From: Syntrophales bacterium
GTDB lineage: Bacteria; Desulfobacterota; Syntrophia; Syntrophales; UBA2210
Length of the DNA: 64,000 bases
Direction: 5' to 3'
Assembly (NCBI GenBank): GCA_963666365.2
Contig: CAXXNF010000002.1
Location: 384,001-448,000, forward strand
In this document: positions 42,109 to 51,427 of the stretch, in pieces
Position numbering within the stretch: the first letter of the stretch is position 1
Layout: the number at the start of each line of letters is the position of its first letter
Notes under the pieces: model-generated
What the model saw: only the letters and a program-made list of their open reading frames with translations
The model's database searches: none
What the model was told of the DNA's origin: nothing
Program-made: the position numbers and the translations under genes

Positions 42109-44403
42109 CTACTCTCTCATTCCCGACAGAAGCTGGAGGTGGTAGATAATCTCAAGAATGCCAATTTTACCATCAGCATCGACATCCCATTCCGCTACGG
42201 CATCGATTAACGCCTGATCCAACTGTTCCTGGGTAAACATGGAAGCGATGATCTCATCCTTGGCAGCCTCTACTTCGGCAACAGCCCCCTCAACGGTCTG
42301 ATTCAGCTGCTCTTCAGTAAACATGGAAGCAATGATCCCATCCTTCGCTGCTTCGGCATCAGCAACAGCCTGATCCAACTGCGCCTGGGTAAACATGGAG
42401 GCTATGACCTGCTCCTTCTCAGCGATGATGAGATCCTTTGCGGCATTCGCATCGGATACTGCTTGATCCAGTTGTTCTTGTGTAAACATGGCTTGAAAAT
42501 TCATCGCCGGCAAAACGCCTAAATCGAGTGATATGTTCTCTTCTAAGGTTACATTTTGTGTAATGGTAGTCAGACCGGACGATGTAACAGTTAAGACATA
42601 ATTTCCGCCTGGAATTCCCGCCAGAATAAACCACCCGTTATCTCCAGTTACAGTCGAGTATGCATCTGAAGGACCATTAGATGTAAGATCTACATGCGCC
42701 CCAGGGACCGGAAAGTTTGGGTAACCTTCCTGTGAAAGAACCACCTTGCCGGAAAGAATCGGCATTGCAAACGTTGCCTGAACCGCAATGTCTGCAATTA
42801 CATTAGTGTCTGTCCTCGGATTCTCCAATTTGCCGTCGCTCCACTTAACGAAATGATATTTGGGATCAGGCACAGCTTCGACAGCAGTACCATCAGCCCC
42901 ATGTTCAACTACCTGAATTGCCGTTCCTGAGATAGAACCGCCTTCACTTGCAATGTAGCTTATCGTGTACTCATTGATGGCAAATACAGCGGTTACAGCA
43001 GTGTTGGATGTAACCTTTTCGCTAGTGCGCGGATTGTCGGTTACCCCGTCGCTCCATTGCACAAAGTGGTATCCTTCATTCGGTACTGCAATGGCAGCTC
43101 CTCCTGACTCGCCATAATTTACTATTTTGGATTCCGGGCCATATACGAATCCATTATCCTCGGTTGCATAACTAACTGTATACTGATTAATAGCGAAATT
43201 TGCCATAACGGTCATATCGCCAGTAATATTCGTGTCCCTTCGTGTTGCGGATGTTACCCCATCGCTCCATGCTACAAAATGATACCCGACATCAGGAGTA
43301 GCAGTGACTTCGGTTCCGTCTCTTCCTTGATCGATTAGTTGTAAAACAGATCCTGTAATAGTGCCGTTGTTACCCGCTATATATGTCAGAGTGTACTGAT
43401 CAATCGCTTCGATAATAGTAATGGTTCCACTTTTTATTGTGTCAGCACCTTTTACTGCCTGTACTTTGAAGGTTCCTGCCTTGAGCAAATTAACGGTTAC
43501 GGAATTGCCGGTGGTTGTTCCTGAGATTTCAGCCACGCCATCCTCCGATGCATCGACGATGGACCAGATATAGTCGGTAGCCTCGGTACCTTGCAGTATA
43601 AATACCTGGGTGCCATCATTCAGATCGATGGTGGCCGTATCGGGATTGATACTGATAGGTGCGAGCAGGGTCACCGTGGCCGTGGCGGGGGCTTTGGAGA
43701 TGTTTCCCACGCTGTCCTCGAACCAGGCGTAGATGGTTTTGCTTCCCGGGGCGGTATTGGCCAATTCGTATACCACCCCATTGGCATAGGTGACGCCCGT
43801 AAGCGGCCGCGTCGAGGTCTCGCTCAGATACATCTTCACAGGTGCGATTGCAGCCAAAAGCTTGAGATTCAGAGCGGTGTTCTTTGTCGAGGTGATGACG
43901 ATTCCCTCGGAGTCGGTGATCTGGACGGTACCCGTGGGGGCCACGTTGTCAATGTTGATAGGTCCGATTTTCACGTCGCTGCTCCAGGAAACATCACCCC
44001 CCGCGCTTATGTCGAGATATTTCGTTTTTACATGGAGGTAGCGCAAGGTGGTGGAATCGTCATTAGCAAAGAACGCCGCCGCCTTGGTGACTATGGGGGG
44101 GTCGAGGCTGGGATCAACGGTACCATCCGGGCTTATGCCATCCCAGGCCAGGGCGCTGGTGTTCCATTTATAGTCGAAGCCCATAAGCGTGTCACCGGCA
44201 CCGCTCAAATCGGGTTTTTCCCACTGGATTTCCACGTTGCCGGTCCATGCGACGATCGTGCCATCGGTGGGTACACCATTCGTCTGTACGTCGGATGTAG
44301 ATATCTCGTGCTCGGCCTGGGCGGACGCCGCAAAGACCAGAAGAAGGGCCACCACACAGCAAAGCAATCCCCCGGTCATAAGGTTCTTCAGGTATCGCTT
44401 CAT
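42109..44403 (-). CDS. Secreted surface protein with three InlB-B/Flg_new-like repeats, a carboxypeptidase-regulatory-like domain, MFTQEQLDQAV repeats and a dockerin-like tail
   Basis: Signal peptide; (G/K)YHFVxWSDG x3; MFTxxQLxQ x4; WDVDADGKIGILEIIYHLQ. Confidence 0.85.
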   Translation of the reverse strand: MKRYLKNLMTGGLLCCVVALLLVFAASAQAEHEISTSDVQTNGVPTDGTIVAWTGNVEIQWEKPDLSGAGDTLMGFDYKWNTSALAWDGISPDGTVDPSLDPPIVTKAAAFFANDDSTTLRYLHVKTKYLDISAGGDVSWSSDVKIGPINIDNVAPTGTVQITDSEGIVITSTKNTALNLKLLAAIAPVKMYLSETSTRPLTGVTYANGVVYELANTAPGSKTIYAWFEDSVGNISKAPATATVTLLAPISINPDTATIDLNDGTQVFILQGTEATDYIWSIVDASEDGVAEISGTTTGNSVTVNLLKAGTFKVQAVKGADTIKSGTITIIEAIDQYTLTYIAGNNGTITGSVLQLIDQGRDGTEVTATPDVGYHFVAWSDGVTSATRRDTNITGDMTVMANFAINQYTVSYATEDNGFVYGPESKIVNYGESGGAAIAVPNEGYHFVQWSDGVTDNPRTSEKVTSNTAVTAVFAINEYTISYIASEGGSISGTAIQVVEHGADGTAVEAVPDPKYHFVKWSDGKLENPRTDTNVIADIAVQATFAMPILSGKVVLSQEGYPNFPVPGAHVDLTSNGPSDAYSTVTGDNGWFILAGIPGGNYVLTVTSSGLTTITQNVTLEENISLDLGVLPAMNFQAMFTQEQLDQAVSDANAAKDLIIAEKEQVIASMFTQAQLDQAVADAEAAKDGIIASMFTEEQLNQTVEGAVAEVEAAKDEIIASMFTQEQLDQALIDAVAEWDVDADGKIGILEIIYHLQLLSGMRE

Positions 44404-44437
44404 AGATGTCTCCCTTTCTATTGATCGGATCTTTTCA

Positions 44438-44722
44438 ATAAAAAAGCCCTATCTCTCATTTTGAGAAACAGGGCTTGATAATCAGACCATAATCCCTCCC
44501 AGGTTATAGCTGTTCGCAATCATACACATAAATTCAAGATCATGGTATCTCAGTAACTCCGTCCTTAACGTTTTGTCAAGGGATATTGCCCTTTTAATTC
44601 ATCCGATACAATCTAACCCACTTCTATCGCGACAAAATCCCACAATGTGGGAATTTGCAATCAGCATATCAACAGATAAAACCCCTCGAAGTCCAAGATA
44701 TGAGTCAACCCCTACCCTTACC
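44438..44722. repeat. Island repeat R1, copy 2 (directly upstream of the surface-protein gene)
   Basis: Colinear with 29741-30035 and 56986-57266. Confidence 0.9.
44440..44478 (-). terminator. Intrinsic terminator in the R1 leader (also at 29743-29779 and ~56986-57026)
   Basis: Minus strand AAGCCCTGTTTCTCA-AAA-TGAGAGATAGGGC-TTTTTT, about 36 bp before the ATG at 44403. Confidence 0.75.
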
Positions 44723-45249
44723 CGGAAACCGGGATAAATGTCCCAGTTTATACGCTGTTACCTGAATATCGTAGGCTATGAGCCGCATAGTGCCATCGCA
44801 CTAGGCCGCGTTATCGAATCGGTACTGTATGCTCCAACAAAGCGGTAGGCTTCTGACAAATCGGCATTTTTTGCCGTTTTGTTTTGATGCCTGTGCTTCG
44901 AGGGTTTCAATCTGCTTGTAGGCGGCTTGCAAATCATCCAAAATGGATAATTTGTTTTGATACTCGTATAACTTATACAAATATATGTGTTCCCGTCCGG
45001 GACACTTATCGGCCTGACTTACTCCCACCTGTGAGTAAGTTAAATTCCTTGAAGGTGGAAGATTGCTTGCGGGTTAGGCCAACGTCGGAAAGGGTTTTTT
45101 TAACCCTGTTCCCCTCGGTAACAAGGTTTGCTTGATTTTCTGATTGCCTCGCTATTTCCCCCCGTTCCTGCCCTTCACGAATGAGCTTGCCTATTTCTCG
45201 GCTTTTGCCCAGACTTCGATTGCTTTCACTAATCTTGGTGGGGGGACAA

Positions 45250-45452
45250 GCGGCTCGCAAATCCGCAATTTTTACGGTTTTGTGGCGATAGGCGTCTTGC
45301 AAATCGGACAAAATGGCCGTTTTGGTGCGGTAGGCGGTTTGCAAATCCGAATTTAATTCGGTTTATATGCTGTCTGTAAATTGGGAATAATTCCCGTTTT
45401 GTCACGGTAGGCGGTTTGCAAATCCGACAGAATGGCGGTTTTGTCACGGTAA
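45250..45452 (-). repeat. Five-unit tandem array (periods 42, 42, 35, 42 bp), each unit with a variable 25-bp palindrome
   Basis: Palindromes start at 45258, 45300, 45342, 45377 and 45419; units read as YRDKTAILSDLQTA-type peptides on the minus strand. Confidence 0.9.
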
Positions 45453-45503
45453 GAATAGAGCCGGGAGCTTTGTGCCAACTGGCACAGACCACATCCCGAC
45501 CTA

Positions 45504-46726
45504 GTACCATGTAACATAATATATTTCGTATTTATGGAAAATATGATATACTGGCGGCAATCCAACAAAGGAGGTTGCTATGTCGCCAAGATATCGAGTA
45601 ACCCTTACCAAAGAAGAGCGTAGAGAGCTTGAGGCAATGACACACAAAGGAAAGACCCATGCCAGAAAATTCATCCATGCTCGTGCGTTGCTGTTGTGCG
45701 ACGCCGGCGCTGACGGTTCTGCATGGAACGTTTCCGATGTCGCAGAGGCGCTTGGGGTGTCGAGCCGTTCGATTGAACATCTCAAGAAGCGGTTTGTGGA
45801 AGAAGGGCTTGAAGCCGCACTCGCACGCAGAGCACGGGAAAAACCTCCGCGCGACATCATCTTTGACGGCGCCTTTGAGGCGCGACTGGTTGCACTTGCC
45901 TGCTCGGATGCCCCGGAAGGGCGTCGGCGCTGGACGGTCAGATTGCTTGCCGACAAAGCCGTTGAGCTTGGCATTGCCGAATCCGTATCGCATATGACGG
46001 TGCAGCGGGTGTTAAAAAAAACGAATTTAAGCCTCACATCAGAAAGTACTGGAAAATCCCTCCCGAAGGGAACGCAGCCTTTGTAGCGTGCATGGAAGAT
46101 GTGCTGGAGATATATCATATGCCTTATGATCCCGCGTATCCGGTAGTATGCATGGATGAATCCTGCAAGCAGCTTGTCGGCGAAGTGCGAGAGCCCATGC
46201 CGTGCGTGCCGGGAAGACCGGCGCGCACAGATGACGAGTATGTCAGAAACGGGGTAGTGGAAATATTTATGGAAGTAGAGCCTCTCGCTGGCAGACGACA
46301 TGTGGCAATCACGGAACATCGCACCGGAAAGGATTGGGCGATGCAGATCAAGCAGATGCTCGATGAACGCTATTCCGGCGCTGTCAAGGTGCGCTTGGTC
46401 ATGGATAATCTGAATACCCATAGGATTGCCTCACTCTACGAAACATTCGAACCCGGTGAAGCCCGGCGTTTGGCGGAACGGCTAGAAATCCATTACACGC
46501 CCAAACATGGCAGTTGGCTCAATATGGCAGAGATCGAATTCAGCGCCCTGAAAGGACAATGCCTTGATCGCCGGATTCCTGATATAACAACCATGCGGGC
46601 TGAAGTAGCCGCATGGGAAAAAGACCGAAACAACAGTGCGAAGAACATTGTATGGCAATTTACTACCCCAGACGCTCGGATTAAATTGAAGCGTCTTTAT
46701 CCGAAGGTATAAAGGTTACATGGTAC
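45504..46726 (+). mobile_element. IS630-family insertion sequence
   Basis: Inverted ends GTACCATGTAAC / GTTACATGGTAC with TA duplicated in a CTAG target. Confidence 0.93.
45580..46712 (+). CDS. IS630 transposase (two ORFs joined by a probable -1 frameshift at the A8 tract ~46014-46021)
   Basis: HTH ORF 45580-46086 plus DDE ORF ending at 46712 (VCMDES, MDNLNTH, SWLNMAEIE). Confidence 0.9.
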
Positions 46727-46994
46727 TAGTGCCATGTGGCACGAGGTATCGAAGCTTGTGCTTCAACGAAATTATCAAAACGGAATTAATTGCCGATTTG
46801 CAAACGGCCTACCCGCAAGTAGACACCCTCGAAGCAAAGGAAATATGGGTCTCTTTGAAGAACTATACCATTCCTCCCACCGGCATTGACAGACGGATGT
46901 CGCACTAGGCTCAAGATGTGGCGAGTGTTTACGGGAAAGACGTGGAATCACATGGCGAAATCACAGTAATACACCTACGGACGCAGATAACTTT

Positions 46995-48494
46995 TTAATA
47001 GGACTGCTGGACTCCATTAATATAGGAGCTAGTGATTGTGTAAGTATCACTTCCTACGACTTGTTTCACAGACCCAATACCCTTGTAGAACCAGTAATAT
47101 ACTGTATTCCCAGGTACAGCTTGACCCGTTTCAATCACATACTGATCATAACGGACGGAAACCTTAATGCAATCTAATAATGTTTGACTGCCTATTACAA
47201 GATCTTCTAATTCAAGAATAGTCACTGTTGAGGTGATATTAACATGGTACGCAGAACCAGAATAGATGAATGAATAAGTTGAATTAGAAACCTGGGTTGT
47301 ACCAATTTGAGTGTTGTTCGGCATTAACAACAGTGGCGTGCTAAAGTAAATATCGCCCATTAAATATGGCGATATTACATATTGTCCATAAATTTTTACA
47401 CCATTTACATCGGAGGTATAATAATCCTTTTGTCCGTCCCAATAGATCCTTTCCTTTGTAGGAACATCACCAATATATCTTGGTCCTGTTGTATAAGACC
47501 GCTGAATTAACCCTGTGGAAGAACACTTGAAATCCTGCCAGTCCCCAATATTCAGCGGAAAATAGTCAGAGGCAACAAAAGAAAGGATTTTGTTATTAAC
47601 CGTGATGGTAACCGTTTCAGAATCAAAAGCGCCTAATGAATTAGTCACTATGAAGGTAACGTCATATGTTCCAGCCTGAGAATAAGTGGGTGTCCAAGAA
47701 AAGGTTCTATTAGCGGTGTCAAAAATGGCCCCATTAGGCAGATTGAAAGCAAGGTAAGTCATGGGGGAATGATCTGCAGTAGACGCCACTAAAGTGAAAG
47801 ATAATTCTGATTTTTCATCAATTGATTTGTTCCCAATTGGATCTAACGCAGGGGAGTGGCTACGCAGACCTGATATTATTTGAAGGGCATAAATTGCTTC
47901 TACAACGTCTATCCTCCCATTTCTATTTATGTCCGATTCTTTATGGACTTCTGATTTTGGAGTAACCCCTGCATGAAGTTGAAGTGCAGCAATTCCATCT
48001 TCTATGCTAATTACGCCATCATTATCAATATCGCCGGTCAAAGAATTTCGCCCGGTATGTTGCAGATTTTTGTGAAACATGGGCCAAGAAGATTGAGCCA
48101 AGCCCAATGAACTGCCATTGATAGCATATAGCTTATCATCATATGACCCGACGTAAATAGTACCATCAGAGCTTATGGCTGGAAATGAGGATACATGACC
48201 TCCGGTCTGAAAAGCCCATTTTTGCGATCCATCTGGATTTATAGCATATAGATTATAATCGTCTGATCCCACATAGATCGTACCATCAGATCCTATTGCT
48301 GGCGAAGAAAATACATCACCTCCAGTTAGAAACGCCCATTTCAAGGCACCTTCTTCTGAAAATGATACAATTGGAAACAAAATAATTATCAGCAATAAAA
48401 GCGTCATCCAAAATAATAATTGAAATCTTGTTTTTTTCATCTTAGCACTTTTTAGGGTCAGAATCCCTTTACTTTCGATTGACCATGTTTTCAA
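46995..48494 (-). CDS. Secreted mosaic protein: PQQ-like repeats, dockerin-like domain, putative Ig domain, C-terminal beta domain
   Basis: SSPAIGSDGTIYVGS x2, WPMFHKNLQHTG, GDIDNDG...DINRNG, LPNGAIFD...FSWTP, YWFYKGIG. Confidence 0.8.
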   Translation of the reverse strand: MKTWSIESKGILTLKSAKMKKTRFQLLFWMTLLLLIIILFPIVSFSEEGALKWAFLTGGDVFSSPAIGSDGTIYVGSDDYNLYAINPDGSQKWAFQTGGHVSSFPAISSDGTIYVGSYDDKLYAINGSSLGLAQSSWPMFHKNLQHTGRNSLTGDIDNDGVISIEDGIAALQLHAGVTPKSEVHKESDINRNGRIDVVEAIYALQIISGLRSHSPALDPIGNKSIDEKSELSFTLVASTADHSPMTYLAFNLPNGAIFDTANRTFSWTPTYSQAGTYDVTFIVTNSLGAFDSETVTITVNNKILSFVASDYFPLNIGDWQDFKCSSTGLIQRSYTTGPRYIGDVPTKERIYWDGQKDYYTSDVNGVKIYGQYVISPYLMGDIYFSTPLLLMPNNTQIGTTQVSNSTYSFIYSGSAYHVNITSTVTILELEDLVIGSQTLLDCIKVSVRYDQYVIETGQAVPGNTVYYWFYKGIGSVKQVVGSDTYTITSSYINGVQQSY

Positions 48495-48588
48495 AGATTT
48501 TCCTCTGGTCTTTTATCTGATTCAATCTTCAAAACCATCCCAGGATTATCGAACCTTTTCCCCTATAGCCCGCGGCTTCTTTAACCAT

Positions 48589-48631
48589 GGATTAGTTCCG
48601 AACTCTCGTTCCTCGACTCGGGACTAATCCT
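48589..48631. repeat. Hairpin whose 3' 27 bp is repeated exactly at 49177-49203
   Basis: GGATTAGTTCCGA...TCGGGACTAATCC stem; CTCGTTCCTCGACTCGGGACTAATCCT at 48605-48631 and 49177-49203. Confidence 0.85.
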
Positions 48632-49057
48632 TTATTTGTTAGGCTCATTCTTTTCCTTCTTCTTTGTTTCTTTCTTTAGAAGATTCTCATAATAGATCTG
48701 CATAAGAAATCTATCTTTTGAAGAAACAGCGGACTTGCACTCGCCGGTTTCCAAGTTTAACACCTCGACATAATCATGTTGAGGCGTGCCGTCTTTGCCC
48801 TCTTCGTAGATTGTATATGAATACCTCAAAGTCTCCCCAGTTTCCTTGTTAAATCTGTAAACCGCAAATACATTAGACCACTTTTCCTTGCCAGCATAAT
48901 GAAACATGTATGGCTCAGATTTCTTATTTTCATCCAATCTGGCGCTTGCTTGATTTTTTGCCGATATATGCTCTTTGGTGAAGTAATGATGTTGAAAGAC
49001 GGCTACGTTCATAGCGATTGAAATAAGTAATACTGAGATTAAAAGGGTCGTTCTCAT
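48632..49057 (-). CDS. Hypothetical exported protein
   Basis: 141 aa, N-terminal hydrophobic helix, GGAG RBS. Confidence 0.7.
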   Translation of the reverse strand: MRTTLLISVLLISIAMNVAVFQHHYFTKEHISAKNQASARLDENKKSEPYMFHYAGKEKWSNVFAVYRFNKETGETLRYSYTIYEEGKDGTPQHDYVEVLNLETGECKSAVSSKDRFLMQIYYENLLKKETKKKEKNEPNK

Positions 49058-49083
49058 ATCTTCTTATCTCCTTCGATCCTATC

Positions 49084-49136
49084 TGGATATTCCGACGCAT
49101 TCCGCCACCCAAATATGATCATTCCGCCACCCCTGA
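49084..49136 (+). mobile_element. Solo IS21 terminal fragment
   Basis: TGGATATTCCGACGCATTCCGCCACCCAAATATGATCATTCCGCCACCCCTGA is the reverse complement of the end at 29544-29666 with the internal repeats collapsed. Confidence 0.85.
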
Positions 49137-49195
49137 AAGGGTGCGCTCTTCGATCCACAAGATTTGACAATATCTCCTCGTTCCTCGACTCGGGA

Positions 49196-50488
49196 CTAAT
49201 CCTGTATTTGTTTCTTTTGCTGATCGGCTTTCTTTTTAGGCATAATTTCGATATCTGCCTTAGGATAAAATTCATGTTCATAAACAGAATTTATATTGAG
49301 ATCAAATTCATATCCGTTATAAGCTGCCTTGATAATTCTAAGAACAGGCTCCTGTGCACGTAATTCACCGATTCTTTCTTTGACATGATTTAAGAGATCA
49401 ACACGCAACTGATTTGGATAACGCAAATAAAAATTCTTGCTTTTTATATCAAGGAATATTTTGTCGTCTTTAGCCAACTTATAAGATTTCTTTATATCGA
49501 ATCTTGCCTTTATTGATGTTTTTGGTGCATATTTTTTTTGAAATTCTGCGAAAAGCTTCTCTATTTTTCTTTCTTTTAAGGCTGCTTTTTTCTTCTTTTC
49601 AGCTTCTTTCACTTGTAACATTCGTTCTTTCATTTCAGCCTTAGAAATTAGCCTACAATCGATTTTGCATCCACCCTCATAAATGCTAACAATTTTGGCA
49701 TCACACCCCGGAGCATTGCGTATAGTTTTAAAAAGTTCGTCAGGGCAAACGCCGATCTTACCTTCACCAAAATCAGTCCCTTGTCTATAAATGAATATTT
49801 CCCGTGTTCCTTCTGCGACCCAAAGGTTGACATCATCACCTTCTTTGCAATTTGAAAGCTCGAATAAGTTGAGCTCGTTGACGATAAACTCTATATGATT
49901 CGGCTGATTGTCGGAAACTGAATCGCTCTGCACAATATTCATTTCTGGCTTACTATCGGGAAGAGTCAAGTCCAAATCAAGCCATACACCATAACTTCCT
50001 TCTTTAAATGCTCCCCTATCCCATACAATTTTTGCTGGACAGATTACTACTCCCGTATGTTTATCAGATATCATTTTGCTGCGCCATATCCGGGCGTTTT
50101 TCCTACTGAGATGGCCAACAAGTTTTTGTTCAATTTCAACACTAACGGCGTAGGCGTCACTAGAATTCCCATCGTCGGGAATTACGTTTGCTTGTGTAAG
50201 TAAAGCTATTCCCTCCTCTCGTCTGTTACAAAAAATCTCCTCTAATGTCTCTTGGTAAAAGGATACTCCAACAACGATAACCTCGAACTTATCATGACTA
50301 GAGGGTGTCACCTTGTCATTCTGCAATAAATTTTCATCAATTTCAAAAAGTTGTTTATATTGGGCTGTTGTGAATGGTTTGTATTCAGTTGTTAAGCGTA
50401 GAGGTTTAAAATCGGCTTGATAGTCTTTATTAGGATTACCCTTGGGTTTCTTGTCTAAAAAATTCAATATTTTTTTCAACAAAGCCAT
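49196..50488 (-). CDS. HIRAN-like domain protein
   Basis: VVGVSFYQE...PDDGNSSDAYAVSV...VGHL resembles HIRAN; AT-rich. Confidence 0.65.
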   Translation of the reverse strand: MALLKKILNFLDKKPKGNPNKDYQADFKPLRLTTEYKPFTTAQYKQLFEIDENLLQNDKVTPSSHDKFEVIVVGVSFYQETLEEIFCNRREEGIALLTQANVIPDDGNSSDAYAVSVEIEQKLVGHLSRKNARIWRSKMISDKHTGVVICPAKIVWDRGAFKEGSYGVWLDLDLTLPDSKPEMNIVQSDSVSDNQPNHIEFIVNELNLFELSNCKEGDDVNLWVAEGTREIFIYRQGTDFGEGKIGVCPDELFKTIRNAPGCDAKIVSIYEGGCKIDCRLISKAEMKERMLQVKEAEKKKKAALKERKIEKLFAEFQKKYAPKTSIKARFDIKKSYKLAKDDKIFLDIKSKNFYLRYPNQLRVDLLNHVKERIGELRAQEPVLRIIKAAYNGYEFDLNINSVYEHEFYPKADIEIMPKKKADQQKKQIQD

Positions 50489-50553
50489 CTGCCACCACTA
50501 TAAAGAATTTACATAGAATCGATTTTATGGAAAACCAAAATACTCACATCCAT

Positions 50554-50617
50554 TCCCAACGCCCGGCATTAGCGGGCGCACGCTTTTTGCGATCCGCTGA
50601 ATGCCGATTTGTTAGAG
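50554..50617 (-). other. attC site (64 bp)
   Basis: TCCCAAC-GCCCGGCATTAGCGG GCGCACGCTTTTTGCGAT CCGCTGAATGCCG-ATTT-GTTAGAG; 9 bp after the cassette stop. Confidence 0.88.
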
Positions 50618-51097
50618 ACATTGTTCCTATCTTGGCTTTCGCTTCTTTGCGTCTTCCTCAAGCAGTTCTTTGGTTTGGTGAAGCATATCAAGAACACCCT
50701 TAGTTGCCTCATCAAATTTATGGCCTGGACCAGTAAAGAATGGCAACAGTGGTCTCTTTTCCTGAATGGCAGCATTGACCTGGCCAACGATATTCACAAA
50801 GTAATTCTTGGCGTGAATGCGTATTTGACTTGGAGGGAACCCCCTGTTCTGGATTCCTTCTGAAATGGTTATTATGCGCAGAAGAACATTATCGCTAATC
50901 GTCTCCATCCCGGTCCATGTATTCGATGGCAATAGGTGTTGGATTGTACCATGTTTCTTTGCCTCAAGTAGAAGTTTGTATCCGTTGGACACCTCTTCTA
51001 TCAGTGCCTCGACGACAGCTACAGCGTAACCGTACGACCAACTCATCTTTCGCTTGAACGCACATTGGATTATAGCTTCCCGTCATGAACACATTTC

Positions 51098-51427
51098 ATG
51101 ATTGGAGGATGCCCTATGACACAACAAGAACGCACCGCCCACTGGTCGGCCATCGTAGAGCGGCAGATCGCAAGCGGGATGAGCGGTCTGGCCTGGTGCC
51201 AGATGCATCAGATCAATACGGCAAGTTTCTACTCCTGGCGCCGGAAACTCACTGAACCGCAAGGACAACAGGGATTTATCGAACTTGCATCCTCGACGGC
51301 CGACTATGCCGGCATTCGCATTTGCATGGGGCCGCTTCTTTCCATCGAAGTGGAACGCGGCTTCGATCCCGTTACCCTGCGCACCGTTATTGAAACGCTT
51401 CATAATGGTTCCCCATGTTCGGCCTGA
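51098..51427 (+). CDS. tnpA: IS66 accessory protein TnpA
   Basis: W...SGMS...WC...FYSWRRKL HTH. Confidence 0.88.
   Translation: MIGGCPMTQQERTAHWSAIVERQIASGMSGLAWCQMHQINTASFYSWRRKLTEPQGQQGFIELASSTADYAGIRICMGPLLSIEVERGFDPVTLRTVIETLHNGSPCSA

Noticed and set aside
45250..45452. CRISPR array
   Set aside because: The variable part is only ~15 bp and is itself palindromic, the constant part is degenerate and codon-like, and there are no cas genes.
45472..46742. TGGCAC as a sigma-54 -24 element
   Set aside because: No TTGC at the required -12 spacing on either strand.
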